From Hyalangium minutum (lineage in GTDB: Bacteria; Myxococcota; Myxococcia; Myxococcales; Myxococcaceae), in contig NZ_JMCB01000023.1 in assembly GCF_000737315.1 (NCBI RefSeq), positions 165,169-229,168 of the forward strand: DNA of 64,000 nt. The letters are read 5' to 3'. The notes under the pieces are model-generated. The model was given only the letters and a program-made list of their open reading frames with translations, was not told the DNA's origin and made no database searches. This document shows positions 30,511 to 41,148 of this stretch, piece by piece. A program made the position numbers and the translations under genes. Numbering within the stretch: position 1 is the stretch's first letter; every line of letters starts with the position of its first letter.

Positions 30511-31755
30511 TCAACGCTCGCTGCCCGAACACAAGCCCAGTCCCCAGATGAGGGCGAAAGACAGGTGCACGCTGGGGTGGAACGGCAGGTAGTGCACCAA
30601 CGAAAGAATGTGGAAGCCGCCGAAGGAGAGCAGCGCCCCCGTGGCGGCGAGCGAGCCCGCGCGGTGCCTTCGCACGAGCGCTCGGGCCAGCAGCAGGTGG
30701 ACGGAGAGCAGCAGCCCCAGACCCACGAGCCCGGTCTCCGCCCACGTGGTGAGCCACAGGTTGTGCGAGTCCGTGGCCAGCAGATCCGTGATGCCCGTCT
30801 CGGACTGGGTGGCCAGGGCCGCGGGCTTGTGGTTGCCGAAGCCCACGCCCAGCAGCGGGTGCTCCTTCACCAGCCGCCAGCCCACCGACATGGCCAGGGT
30901 CCGCTCACCGCCGAAGAGGTTCTCGACGGCCTTGCCCATGCGCTCGCGCCACGCGGGTGTCACCACCACGAGCGCCGCGAGCACAGCCGCCACGGCCAGC
31001 CCCACCTTCCGAGGTGTCCCGTGGCTGAGCAGCAGCAGCGCCAGCACGCACACGGCGAACCCCGTCAGCAGGGCCGCGCGAGCGAAGGCCGCGTAAGGAA
31101 CGAGCAGCAGCGCGCCCACCACCGCCCCGGCCAGCACCCGGTGCCAGGCCACCCTGCCCCGGGCCAGCACGGACAGCGCAGGCCCCAGCATGGCGATGGC
31201 TCCATGAGAGAAGCGCAGGCGGTGGAAGAGGAAGCCTCCGGCCGCATAGCGCGGCTCCTGCTCCGTGCCGAAGTTCTCGTGCAGCCGGGACAGGTTCAGC
31301 TTCAGGAAGGCGGGCGGCTCCCAGTTCCAGAGGACGAAGTGCTGGAAGAGCCCCACGGCCGAGGCCAGCAGCCACCCTCCCGCCATCAGCGCCGCGAGCA
31401 GCGCCCAGGGCACACCCACCGTTCCGATGGACGCCACCGCAGCGCCCGCCACCGTGTCGAGCGCCTGCCCGTAGCGCGCGGTGCGAGGCCAGCGCTCCGC
31501 CACTCCCGTCATGAGCGCCAGGGCGGGCGAGAGGAGCTGCCATACCGTCAGCGCCACCGAAGCGCGCACGTAGGCGCGCACATCCGGCTCGAGGCTCAAG
31601 GTCTTGCGGAAGAACAGCACCAGCGCCAGGAGCACGGCCGCGCTCGCGGCAACCTGCTGGAGGCCCTCGGCGAGGACAGTGCCCAGAATCCATCCAGCCA
31701 GGACGACAGTGACAGCTCGGCGCAACGCTCTCTCCCACTCAGACGAGGCTCCCAC
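30511..31755 (-). CDS. waaL: O-antigen ligase family (Wzy_C) membrane protein
   Basis: About 10-12 TM segments; periplasmic loop with R..AM.VG..LVKEHPLLGVGFGN and SHNLWL..WAETGLVG; lies within the LPS cluster. Confidence 0.82.
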   Translation of the reverse strand: MGASSEWERALRRAVTVVLAGWILGTVLAEGLQQVAASAAVLLALVLFFRKTLSLEPDVRAYVRASVALTVWQLLSPALALMTGVAERWPRTARYGQALDTVAGAAVASIGTVGVPWALLAALMAGGWLLASAVGLFQHFVLWNWEPPAFLKLNLSRLHENFGTEQEPRYAAGGFLFHRLRFSHGAIAMLGPALSVLARGRVAWHRVLAGAVVGALLLVPYAAFARAALLTGFAVCVLALLLLSHGTPRKVGLAVAAVLAALVVVTPAWRERMGKAVENLFGGERTLAMSVGWRLVKEHPLLGVGFGNHKPAALATQSETGITDLLATDSHNLWLTTWAETGLVGLGLLLSVHLLLARALVRRHRAGSLAATGALLSFGGFHILSLVHYLPFHPSVHLSFALIWGLGLCSGSER

Positions 31756-31914
31756 CGGCAGCGCCCGCGGAGAACCTGTCGGACAAGCAGACTCCTCTCA
31801 TGGGAGCTGCGCCGGCCGACGGTCCTTCCGCCCATCATGTGGGCACCGTCTCACAGGTGGCAAGCACCTCCGTTGTAGAGCCACCCGTGCCACCCTCTAG
31901 AATCGAGCCCACCT

Positions 31915-32649
31915 ATGGCCGACGAGTACCGTTTCTGGGTGGATGGACGCATTCCCGTGCTCAAGCTGCACCACGAGCCTCGCCCGGGCCCTGCTGTCGT
32001 CGTGCTGCACGGGCTCGGAGTGGATGCGAACACCCAGCGCCACGAGCTGAACACGATCGCGGACTGGGGAATGACCGCCGTGGGCGTGGATGCCCCGCAC
32101 CACGGCGCGCGCTACGACGGGTACCTCGACGAGATGCGCGCCCAGGACGCCTCCGGGTACCACGAGCGCCTGTTGCGCCTCATCCTCGAGTCCGCGCCGG
32201 ACGTCTCCCGCGTCATCGACCATCTGCTCTACGAGGGCCATGGACCTATCGGGCTCGCAGGCATCTCGCTCGGCGCATACACAGCGCTGGCCGTCGCGGC
32301 CGGGGACTCACGGGTGCGGGCCACGGTGTCCGTGCTGGGCTCGCCGGACTGGACGCCCCGCGAGGCCCCTATGACGCACGCGATCTGGGAGCTCATGCAG
32401 CACGCACCGGTCCACCGTCCGCAGGAGCTCGCGCGGAGTCCTCTGCTCTTCCTGAACGCGGGGCGCGATCACCTGGTGCCGCCCCACTGGGCCCGGGACT
32501 TCACCTGGCGCGTGCGCGAACACCTCCCCTGGCTGGGCCAGCATGTCGACTTCGTCGAGTATCCGGAGTCGGACCACTTCGTACGCTCCGAGGACTGGAG
32601 CGACATGTGGTGGCGCGCGATGAACTTCCTGCGCTGGAACCTCTCCTGA
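31915..32649 (+). CDS. Alpha/beta hydrolase (esterase-like)
   Basis: VVLHG oxyanion loop, nucleophile GISLG, Asp in GRDHLVP, His in SDHFV. Confidence 0.85.
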   Translation: MADEYRFWVDGRIPVLKLHHEPRPGPAVVVLHGLGVDANTQRHELNTIADWGMTAVGVDAPHHGARYDGYLDEMRAQDASGYHERLLRLILESAPDVSRVIDHLLYEGHGPIGLAGISLGAYTALAVAAGDSRVRATVSVLGSPDWTPREAPMTHAIWELMQHAPVHRPQELARSPLLFLNAGRDHLVPPHWARDFTWRVREHLPWLGQHVDFVEYPESDHFVRSEDWSDMWWRAMNFLRWNLS

Positions 32650-32657
32650 GCAACGGA

Positions 32658-33782
32658 CTACGGCGTGGTGCTCGCCAGCGCCCGCCGCCGAGGCCACTGC
32701 AGCAACCCCTCGCGACGCATCCAGAGCCCCCCAGCCGCCAAGCTCAGCACGACCGCCGGCAGCCACGCCGCCACACCGGGTGACAGCCGCTCCGTCATCA
32801 CCAGCGTCCGGCACACCACCATCAGGCCCCACATCGCCACGGCGATGAGCAGGCCCTCGACGATCGCCGCCGTCAGGTGTCCCCTCCGATTTGGCCGCAG
32901 CGCCAAACCCACCGCGAGCAACGCCGCCGGGAAGCCCGCCATCGGGTAGGCAAACCGGTTGTGCAGCGTCAGCTGATACTGAAGCGAGGCCAGCCCCAGC
33001 TCCGCGCGCGCGACGATCTGCTCGCGAAGCTCGGCGGAGCGCATCTGCTCCGGGCGTCCCGGACGGATTCGGAACGAGTTCGACGGCACACCCAGGTCGT
33101 ACTCGCCCTCCTCCTTGTTCTGAACCTGGGTCCGTCCATCCGGCGAGAACGTGCGCTCCACGATGCCCGTAAGCCGCCACCGCGTCCCCTTCACCGGGTA
33201 CATGGCCTCCGCGTCCAGCCGGCGCGCGAGCTTGAACGAGGGCGTCAGGGTCAGGATGGCCACGTCCCGGAACCCTTCCTCGGCGCTGCCCGCGCGCAGG
33301 AAGAAGACATGCTCGCCGCGCCGGAACCACTGCTTTGGCGTGTAGTAGAGCCGCCAGTCTCCCCACCGGTTGAAGCGCTGGGTGGTGATCTCATCCACGC
33401 GCCGGCTGGCCCTCACCACCACCTGCTCGTCGAAGGAGATGAGCCCCAGGCACACCGCCATCGCGCACAGGCCAATGGGCACGTAGAGCGCCCCGGGCCC
33501 GAACGTCAGCGCGCGCAGGGCCGTCACCTCTCCTCGCTTGCGGAGCGCGGACACCGACACTCCCGCAGCCAGGAGCAGCGCAGCCGGGCCCAACTGCTGC
33601 GTGGCCACCAGGGCCTTGTTCGCATACAGCTCCAGCACGCCCCACACCCAGCCCTCACCGGTGTAGGAGCGGGCGCGGTCCACGAAGTCCACCACCAGGA
33701 ACACCGTCAGCACGGCGGCGAGGATGCCCACCACGGACTTCAGGTACGTGCGCATCACGTAGAAGAAGAGCGTGGTCCTCAC
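32658..33782 (-). CDS. lptG: LPS export ABC transporter permease LptG
   Basis: 3 TM + beta-jellyroll + 3 TM layout; RKRGEVTALRAL, HNRFAYP; GTG start overlaps the lptF stop. Confidence 0.85.
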   Translation of the reverse strand: MRTTLFFYVMRTYLKSVVGILAAVLTVFLVVDFVDRARSYTGEGWVWGVLELYANKALVATQQLGPAALLLAAGVSVSALRKRGEVTALRALTFGPGALYVPIGLCAMAVCLGLISFDEQVVVRASRRVDEITTQRFNRWGDWRLYYTPKQWFRRGEHVFFLRAGSAEEGFRDVAILTLTPSFKLARRLDAEAMYPVKGTRWRLTGIVERTFSPDGRTQVQNKEEGEYDLGVPSNSFRIRPGRPEQMRSAELREQIVARAELGLASLQYQLTLHNRFAYPMAGFPAALLAVGLALRPNRRGHLTAAIVEGLLIAVAMWGLMVVCRTLVMTERLSPGVAAWLPAVVLSLAAGGLWMRREGLLQWPRRRALASTTP

Positions 33783-34891
33783 CGCACCGTCCCCGAGCGG
33801 CTCACCCGCCACATCGCAAACACACCGATCACGACGAAGATGACGTTGGTCAGCTGCCCCGCCACCACCACCGGCAGCTTGCCCTGCTGGCCCATCTGCT
33901 CGAAGGCGCGGCTCAGCAGGTAGAAGAGCACGTACCCGCTCAGCGTCAGCAGGTAGCCCCACGCCCGCCCCGCCTGCCGCCGCCCGATGGCCAGCGGCGT
34001 CGCCAGCAGCGCGAAGGCCAGGGGCGCCAGCGCATTGCCCAGCCGGTTGTGGAGCGACATGAGGAACGGGCGCGGATCGCCACCGCTCTTCTCGGCCTCC
34101 TCCGCCGCGAGGAGCAGCTCCCCGGGCGTCATCTCCTCCTTGGGCGAGCGGAACCGGTTCTTGCGGTTCACCGAGCCACCCAGGCCCACGGAGATCTCCC
34201 CCTGCTCGAAGCGCAGCAGGCTGTAGTCGGACGTGGAGCGGTTGGCGCGGTGCACCTCGCCCTCCTTCAGCGACAGCCGCAGTCCCTCCTCGCCTCCGCC
34301 CGTGGTCAGCCGCCCCGTCTGGGCCAGCACCAGCAGCGGCGAGGACGGCTCGCGATCATCATGCAGCAGCACGTGCGTCCATCGCTCGCCCTTGCCCTCC
34401 ACACGCTCCGCGTAGAGCGTCAGGTCGCTCAGGTCCTCGTAGAAGACGCCGGACTTCACGTCCCCCGCCACGTTCTTCTTGATGACGTCGGCGACCAGAT
34501 CCCTCACTGCGGACATGCCCCACGGCTCGCCCGTGAAGGTCAGCAACAGCATGAGCCCGGCCAGCAACGCGCCGATGGCCAGCGGGCCCGCCAGAAGCTG
34601 CGTGGGACTGATGCCCAAGGCCTGGAGCGCCACCAGCTCCCGGTCCTCGCTCAGCCGCCCCAGCCCGAGCAGGATGGCCAGCAGGAACGCGATGGGCAGC
34701 GCCATCACCAGGAAGTGCGGCGCCAGATAGAGGATGAGCTGCCCGATGTCCCCGAGCGTCACCGCCGAGCCCAGCAGCACCTCGGTGCCGCGAAGGAACT
34801 GCATCACGAAGAGCAGCAGGAACAGGAACGCCACCCACACCACCAGGGGGACGATCAGCTCCTTCAGCAGGTAGCGCGCGAGCAGCTTCAC
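33779..34891 (-). CDS. lptF: LPS export ABC transporter permease LptF
   Basis: RYLLKEL, LPIAFLLAILLGLGRLSEDREL.AL.A.G; GTG start overlaps the purD stop. Confidence 0.85.
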   Translation of the reverse strand: MKLLARYLLKELIVPLVVWVAFLFLLLFVMQFLRGTEVLLGSAVTLGDIGQLILYLAPHFLVMALPIAFLLAILLGLGRLSEDRELVALQALGISPTQLLAGPLAIGALLAGLMLLLTFTGEPWGMSAVRDLVADVIKKNVAGDVKSGVFYEDLSDLTLYAERVEGKGERWTHVLLHDDREPSSPLLVLAQTGRLTTGGGEEGLRLSLKEGEVHRANRSTSDYSLLRFEQGEISVGLGGSVNRKNRFRSPKEEMTPGELLLAAEEAEKSGGDPRPFLMSLHNRLGNALAPLAFALLATPLAIGRRQAGRAWGYLLTLSGYVLFYLLSRAFEQMGQQGKLPVVVAGQLTNVIFVVIGVFAMWRVSRSGTVR

Positions 34892-36147
34892 GGGGCTGCG
34901 CGCAGCCCTCGCGCGCCAATGTCCCGGCGGAAGTGCATGCCCTCGAAGCGCAGTCCCGAGATGGCGGCGTAGGCACGCTCCCGCGCCTCCACCAGATCCT
35001 TGCCGCGAGCGCACACCGTCATCACACGGCCACCCGAGGTGAGCAGAGCCCCGTCCTTCTCATCCACCCCCGCCAGGAAGACCGAAGCCCCCGAGGGCAC
35101 GGCCTCCAATCCCTGGATGCGTTGGCCGCGCCGAGGCGTCTCCGGATAGCCCTCGGCCGCCAGCACCACGCCCACCGAGGCCCCCGGCGCCAGCGTCAGC
35201 GGCCGCGGCTCCAGCCGGCCGCGCGCACAGGCGTCCAGCAGCGGCAGCAGATCCTCCCCCAGCTGGAGCATCAGCACCTGCGTCTCCGGATCTCCGAAGC
35301 GCGCGTTGAACTCCAGCACCTTGGGCCCATTGCGCGTCAGCATCAGCCCCGCGTAGAGCGCGCCCTTGAACGGAGCTCCACGCTTGCGCATCACCTCGAG
35401 CATGGGCGCAATGACGCGCTCGCCCACCTGCGCCAGCGCCTCGGGAGAGAAGAACGGCACCGGGCAGTACGCGCCCATGCCGCCCGTGTTGGGGCCCGTG
35501 TCCCCCTCACCCACCCGCTTGTGGTCCTGCGCGGGAGGCAGCAGCACGTACCGCTCCCCATCGCACAGGGCGATGACGGAGACCTCCTCGCCCTCGAGCA
35601 GTTCCTCCAGCACCATCCGCTGGCCCGCGGTGCCCATGGCCGCCACAGCGCGCACCGCCGCCCGCGCTGACTCCGCATCCGGTGCGACGATGACGCCCTT
35701 GCCCGAGGCCAGGCCATCCGCCTTCACGACGATGCGCCCCTGCGCCACGGCGTAGGCCTCGGCCGCCGCCACGTCCGTGAAGACCTGGAAGTCCGCCGTG
35801 GGCACACCGGCCTCGGCCATGACCTCCTTGGCGAAAGCCTTGGAGCCCTCCAGCCGGGCTGCGGCCGCCACGGGCCCGAAGCACGGAATCCCCTCCGCCG
35901 CGAGCGCATCCGCCACGCCTGCGACCAGCGGGGCCTCGGGCCCGACGACGACGAGATCCACCCGCTCCTGCCGGGCCAGTGCCGCCACCGCGTCTGGGGC
36001 ATCCGCCTTCAGCGGGACGTTGCGCCCCAGCTTCGCGGTGCCCGGATTCCCAGGGCCACACAGCAAGGCCGAGAGCTGGGGGCTCTGTGCCAGCTTCCAT
36101 GCGAGCGCGTGCTCGCGGCCCCCCGAGCCGAGGAGAAGAACCCGCAC
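34888..36147 (-). CDS. purD: Phosphoribosylamine-glycine ligase
   Basis: LLGSGGREHALAW, VVGPEAPL, LEGSKAFAK, KADGLASGKGV, GPNTGGMGAY, EFNARFGDPE, TSGGRV. Confidence 0.97.
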   Translation of the reverse strand: MRVLLLGSGGREHALAWKLAQSPQLSALLCGPGNPGTAKLGRNVPLKADAPDAVAALARQERVDLVVVGPEAPLVAGVADALAAEGIPCFGPVAAAARLEGSKAFAKEVMAEAGVPTADFQVFTDVAAAEAYAVAQGRIVVKADGLASGKGVIVAPDAESARAAVRAVAAMGTAGQRMVLEELLEGEEVSVIALCDGERYVLLPPAQDHKRVGEGDTGPNTGGMGAYCPVPFFSPEALAQVGERVIAPMLEVMRKRGAPFKGALYAGLMLTRNGPKVLEFNARFGDPETQVLMLQLGEDLLPLLDACARGRLEPRPLTLAPGASVGVVLAAEGYPETPRRGQRIQGLEAVPSGASVFLAGVDEKDGALLTSGGRVMTVCARGKDLVEARERAYAAISGLRFEGMHFRRDIGARGLRAAP

Positions 36148-36148
36148 A

Positions 36149-38944
36149 TCACCCCCGTTGATCCGTGATGAAGAGCAACCGCTTGGCGGACAGGTAAGAG
36201 GAGTCCAGCCCCAACACCTTCAAGAGCCGCGCCTGGGCCGCCTCCTTATTAGAGGCCACCTCCAGCTCGGCCAGCTTCACCTCGGCCGACAGCAGCGCGG
36301 GGGCCAGGTTGAGTGCGTCACGCAGCGAGCGCTTGGCGGGCTCCACCTGCTTGGATGCGACCAGGGCCAGCCCGTTGGCCAGGTGTGCGATCGGCATCTG
36401 CCGTCCCGCCGCCACTGCCCGCGTGGCGAAGGTGCGCGCCTTGGCCGCGTCACCCCGCTGCAGCGACAGCAGCGCCATGTAAGCCGCTGCGCCCGCGTTG
36501 CTGGGATCCAGCTCCAGCACGGCCTTGAGCTCGCGCTCCGCGCCCGCGCGATCGCCCAGGTGGAAGAGCAGGAGCCCCTCGTACAGCGGCCCGGAGACGT
36601 CCTCCCGGCTGGTCGACAGCACCTCCACGGAGCCGTTCATCCCGGCCAGCGTCTCACCCGGGCGCACGAAGTAGAGGGTCGTCACCGGCCGCGGGTTGAG
36701 CCGCTCGGGATCCGACTGAAGCACCTGGAAGAAGGTCCGGAACGCATCATCCCGGTGGCCGGCCTGGGCGGCGGCGATCGCGGACAACAGCAGCGCGTCA
36801 TGGCGGCGCGAGTCCAGCTTCACGGCCTCCTGGAAGAGCGCCTGGGCCTCGGCGGGCTTCTTCTCCGCCAGCCGCACCCGGCCTTCGAGCAGCTTCTCGA
36901 GCGAAGGGTCCTCGATCTTGCCTTGGATGGCGGGGAGATTCGCGGCGGCCTTCGCGGCATCGCCGCGCGCCAGGGCGGCCAGCAGCAGTTGCAGGTGACC
37001 CGCTGCCAGATCCTTCACGAGCCCCACGGCCTCCTCGGCCGCCTTCACCCCGGCGTCCATATTGCCCGCCATGCGCTCGGCGGCCGAGAGGTGCACGAGG
37101 ATCTCGGCGATGTCCCGATCCGAGTACTTCTGACGGTTCCGCAGCAGCGCCCGCAGATCCCGGACCGCAACCGGGGCGTTGCCATCCACCTGGTAGCGCA
37201 TCACGGCCAGGGCCAGCAGCAGCCGCACGTTCTGAGGTTGGGCCTTCACGCGAGCCTCGAAGAGCTTGCGCGCCTGCTCCACCTCACCGACCTCCAGGTA
37301 GATGCGAGCCATGGTGGACAGGCTGTCCCAGTGCTCCGGATCCTTCTCCAGGCGCGACTTGAGCGCCGCGATGGCCAGCGAGTAGGAGCCCGCGGCCTCA
37401 TTGGCGAGGGCCCGATGGTACTCCACGCGCTGGAGCGTGGGATTCAGGGCGAGCGCATCGTCGAAGTGCTGGTTGGCCAGTCCTCCCGATGTCTTCACAT
37501 ACGCGCGGCCGAGCACCAGGTGCGCCTCGGCCTTCTCCTGATCGATGCCCTTGCCGAGCGCCTCCTCCGCGAGAGCTCGGGCCTGCTCCACCAGCGGGGC
37601 GTCGTTGGGGCGGCACAGCAGCAGGTTGGCGTGCGCCAGCAGCAGCGCGGGCGTGCGGCCCGCACGCTCCTCGGAGGCCTCGACGAGCGAAAGCGCCTCG
37701 TCAAAGGTGGCCTTGTCGACGGTGGTGCCGCGCCCCAGTGCAACCGCCTGGACATAGCCAGCGATGGCCGCATCACTGCGCGGCTCGATCAACAGGGCCT
37801 GCTGGAAGGACTCCTCCGCCTCCGCGTAGGCGGAGCGCTGGTCCTTGGCGAGCAGCTTGGCGCCCTCCTCCAGGCGCTCCACGCTGCTGCCGGCGAGATC
37901 GAGGTGCTTCAGCTCCCAACGCGGCAACACGGCCTTGATCGCTGGGGGGATGGGAGCCGGAGCGGGCGGCAGCGCGGGCTGCGCGATCGTCTCAGCCTCG
38001 GGCTTCATCACCAGGAAGTAGTACCCAGCCCCTCCGCCCACGGCGAGCAACAGCACCACCACCAGGACGGCCTTGAGGATGCCTCCCGCGCCCGAGCCCG
38101 CGGTGCGCATCTTCAACGGCTGCGCGGACTGCGGCCCGGATACTCCCGAGGTAGCGGACCGAGGTGGAGAGGAGCGGACACCGCTGCGAGGCTCGAGCGT
38201 CAGCGCCGGCGCCTCCGAGGCGACACCGGACATGTCGATGGACTCGAGCGGAGGCAAATCGAAGTTCACCGCCGAGGACGACCGCTCCGGGGCAGCAGCA
38301 GCCTCCGGAGGCGGCTCCTGAGGAGGCGCTGCCTGCTTGTTCCGGCAGTCCTCGCAGGTTCCGATCGCCTGATCAAAAGGATCGGGGAGCGGATTGCCGC
38401 ACTCGCGGCACGAGGCGGGGGCCTGAACCGGCGCCGGAGCGGGAGCAGGCGCGGGAGGCGGAGGCCGGAAGGACTGGGGAGCGGGCCCAGCCGCGGCGGC
38501 CATGCTCGGGTTCGTGACACGGCGCGGCGCTTCCGCCACGGGAGGAGGCGGGGCCTCCGGAGGCGGCCCGAGGAAGTCGAGGAGGGGATCCCCGCTCCCC
38601 TGGGGCGGCTCGGCGACGGGCGGAGGGGACATGATCCCATCGAACAGGGGATCCGGCGGCAGCGAAGCGGTCTCCGGCGCGGTCAGATCGTTGAAGAGAT
38701 CCGCCGCCAGCGCGGAGCTACCGGCCGTGGGGTGAGAAGGAGAAGCAGCGCGAGGCGCGGACTGAGGAGCGGCGCGAGGCGCAGGCGCTGCGGGCGCGAC
38801 GGGTTCGGGAGGAGGGCCTACGGCCTCCCGCTTGACGAGCTGAAGGTGACGGCATCGGGGGCACTGCGCACGAACCCCCTTCGGCGAGATCAGCCGATCA
38901 TCAATCGCGTAGGCAGCCGCACATTTTTGGCAGACGATCCGCAT
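36149..38944 (-). CDS. Zinc-ribbon (MJ0042-like) / TM / TPR-repeat protein
   Basis: N-terminal CQKC...CPRC; second CxxC..CxxC (CREC..CEDC); Pro-rich linker; one TM; about 550 aa of TPR-like helices. Confidence 0.82.
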   Translation of the reverse strand: MRIVCQKCAAAYAIDDRLISPKGVRAQCPRCRHLQLVKREAVGPPPEPVAPAAPAPRAAPQSAPRAASPSHPTAGSSALAADLFNDLTAPETASLPPDPLFDGIMSPPPVAEPPQGSGDPLLDFLGPPPEAPPPPVAEAPRRVTNPSMAAAAGPAPQSFRPPPPAPAPAPAPVQAPASCRECGNPLPDPFDQAIGTCEDCRNKQAAPPQEPPPEAAAAPERSSSAVNFDLPPLESIDMSGVASEAPALTLEPRSGVRSSPPRSATSGVSGPQSAQPLKMRTAGSGAGGILKAVLVVVLLLAVGGGAGYYFLVMKPEAETIAQPALPPAPAPIPPAIKAVLPRWELKHLDLAGSSVERLEEGAKLLAKDQRSAYAEAEESFQQALLIEPRSDAAIAGYVQAVALGRGTTVDKATFDEALSLVEASEERAGRTPALLLAHANLLLCRPNDAPLVEQARALAEEALGKGIDQEKAEAHLVLGRAYVKTSGGLANQHFDDALALNPTLQRVEYHRALANEAAGSYSLAIAALKSRLEKDPEHWDSLSTMARIYLEVGEVEQARKLFEARVKAQPQNVRLLLALAVMRYQVDGNAPVAVRDLRALLRNRQKYSDRDIAEILVHLSAAERMAGNMDAGVKAAEEAVGLVKDLAAGHLQLLLAALARGDAAKAAANLPAIQGKIEDPSLEKLLEGRVRLAEKKPAEAQALFQEAVKLDSRRHDALLLSAIAAAQAGHRDDAFRTFFQVLQSDPERLNPRPVTTLYFVRPGETLAGMNGSVEVLSTSREDVSGPLYEGLLLFHLGDRAGAERELKAVLELDPSNAGAAAYMALLSLQRGDAAKARTFATRAVAAGRQMPIAHLANGLALVASKQVEPAKRSLRDALNLAPALLSAEVKLAELEVASNKEAAQARLLKVLGLDSSYLSAKRLLFITDQRG

Positions 38945-38948
38945 GGTT

Positions 38949-40493
38949 TCAGTGCCGGAAGTGTCGCACTCCCGTCAGTACCATCGCCAGTCCATGTTCA
39001 TCGGCGGCGGCGATGAGTTCCGCGTCCCGGACCGAGCCGCCAGGCTGGATGACGCAGGTAGCCCCGGCCCGGGCGGCCTCATCGAGTCCGTCCCGGAAGG
39101 GGAAAAAGGCATCCGAGGCCACGGCGCTGCCCTTGAGGGCCGGTCCACCGCGCCCTGCGGCGATTTTCACCGAGTCGACCCGGCTTGTCTGCCCGCCGCC
39201 AGCGGCCAGCAGCCGGTCTCCTGAGGAAAAAACGATGGCGTTGCTCTTCACATGCTTGCACACCTTCCAGGCGAAGCAGAGGGCCTTCTCCTCCTCGGCC
39301 GTGGGGTGGCGTTTCGTGACGATCTTCCACTCGAGAGGCGGCTCGGCCGCATCCTTGTCCTGCAGGAGCAGGCCGCCTGACACGCTGCGTGCATCCAACT
39401 GCACCCGGGGACGGGCCTGCGGCGAGGCCAACGCGGGCCCGGCCTCTAGCAGCCGCAGGTTCTTCTTGGCGCTCAGGACCTGGAGCGCGGCGGCCGAGTA
39501 CGTGGGGGCGATGATGGCCTCGAGGAACGTCTCCGCCAGGGCCTTGGCGCAGGCCTCATCCACCTCGCGGTTGAGGGCCACGATGCCACCAAAGGCGGAC
39601 ACCTCGTCGGCCGCGCGCGCCGTGCGGTAGGCCCTCTCCAGTTCCGAGTCCACCGCCACACCGCACGGGGTGTTGTGCTTGATGATGATGGCGCAGGGCT
39701 GCTCGGGGAACTCGAGGACGAGCCCGAGCGCCGCATCCAGATCCAGGATGTTGTTGTAGGACAGCTCCTTGCCCTGGAGGACCTTGGAGAAGGCCACGGA
39801 GGGCTCGGAGGGCGCGGAATGCTCCCGGTAGAACGCGCCGCGCTGGTGCGGGTTCTCGCCGTAGCGCAGGCCCTGTGCCTTGCGGAAGGGCAGCGACAGC
39901 TCCTCGGGGAAAGGCTCCTGCGCCTGGCCCGCGAGCCACCCTGCGATGGCCGCGTCATACGCCGCCGTATGCGCGAACGCCTTGCGCATCAGCTTGCGGC
40001 GCGTCTCGTCCCCCACCCCGCCGGACTTCTCCAGCTCGGCGAGCACCGCATCGTAGTCGTCCGGGTCCACCACCACCGTCACATGCCGCGAGTTCTTCGC
40101 CGCCGCGCGCACCATGGCGGGCCCGCCGATGTCGATCTGCTCGATGACCTCGGCCTCACTGGCGCCGGAGGCCACCGTCTGCCGGAAGGGGTAGAGGTTC
40201 ACTGCCACGAGGGAGATGGGCTCGATGCCGTGGGCCGCCATCTCCGCCCGGTCCTCCTCCCGCTCCAGCCGCCCGAGAAGGCCGCCGTGGATGCGGGGGT
40301 GGAGCGTCTTCACCCGGCCGCCGAGAATCTCGGGGCTCTGGGTGTGCTCGGAGACCTTGGTTGCGGGGACACCCGCGGCCTGGAGGGCGGCCAGCGTGCC
40401 ACCGGTGGAGAGGAGCCGGAAGCCGCGCCGCACCAAACCCTGTGCGAATGGGACCAGGCCGCGCTTGTCGGAGACGCTGAGGAGAGCCAGCAC
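38949..40493 (-). CDS. purH: Bifunctional AICAR transformylase/IMP cyclohydrolase
   Basis: [56 protein letters not shown]. Confidence 0.97.
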   Translation of the reverse strand: MLALLSVSDKRGLVPFAQGLVRRGFRLLSTGGTLAALQAAGVPATKVSEHTQSPEILGGRVKTLHPRIHGGLLGRLEREEDRAEMAAHGIEPISLVAVNLYPFRQTVASGASEAEVIEQIDIGGPAMVRAAAKNSRHVTVVVDPDDYDAVLAELEKSGGVGDETRRKLMRKAFAHTAAYDAAIAGWLAGQAQEPFPEELSLPFRKAQGLRYGENPHQRGAFYREHSAPSEPSVAFSKVLQGKELSYNNILDLDAALGLVLEFPEQPCAIIIKHNTPCGVAVDSELERAYRTARAADEVSAFGGIVALNREVDEACAKALAETFLEAIIAPTYSAAALQVLSAKKNLRLLEAGPALASPQARPRVQLDARSVSGGLLLQDKDAAEPPLEWKIVTKRHPTAEEEKALCFAWKVCKHVKSNAIVFSSGDRLLAAGGGQTSRVDSVKIAAGRGGPALKGSAVASDAFFPFRDGLDEAARAGATCVIQPGGSVRDAELIAAADEHGLAMVLTGVRHFRH

Positions 40494-40597
40494 TGGGGAG
40501 TCGCCTCTCAGTGAAGGGAGGCGGCTCTGTTAGCAACCGCCCCCGGGGGTGTCAACGCACCCCGCAGGGCATCGCTTCCTCACCAGCTCCCGGAATT

Positions 40598-41098
<501 letters not shown>

Positions 41099-41148
41099 GT
41101 CCCCTCCGAATGTGCCCAATCTATCCGGTTGTCCAGGCCTGTAGCATC

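Noticed and set aside
32658-33962. Extended N-terminus of lptG, and of lptF to 35014
   Set aside because: The extensions overlap upstream genes; GTG starts coupled to the upstream stops (33782 and 34891) fit better.
35777-39016. 1079-aa plus-strand ORF
   Set aside because: Antisense shadow of purD and the TPR gene.
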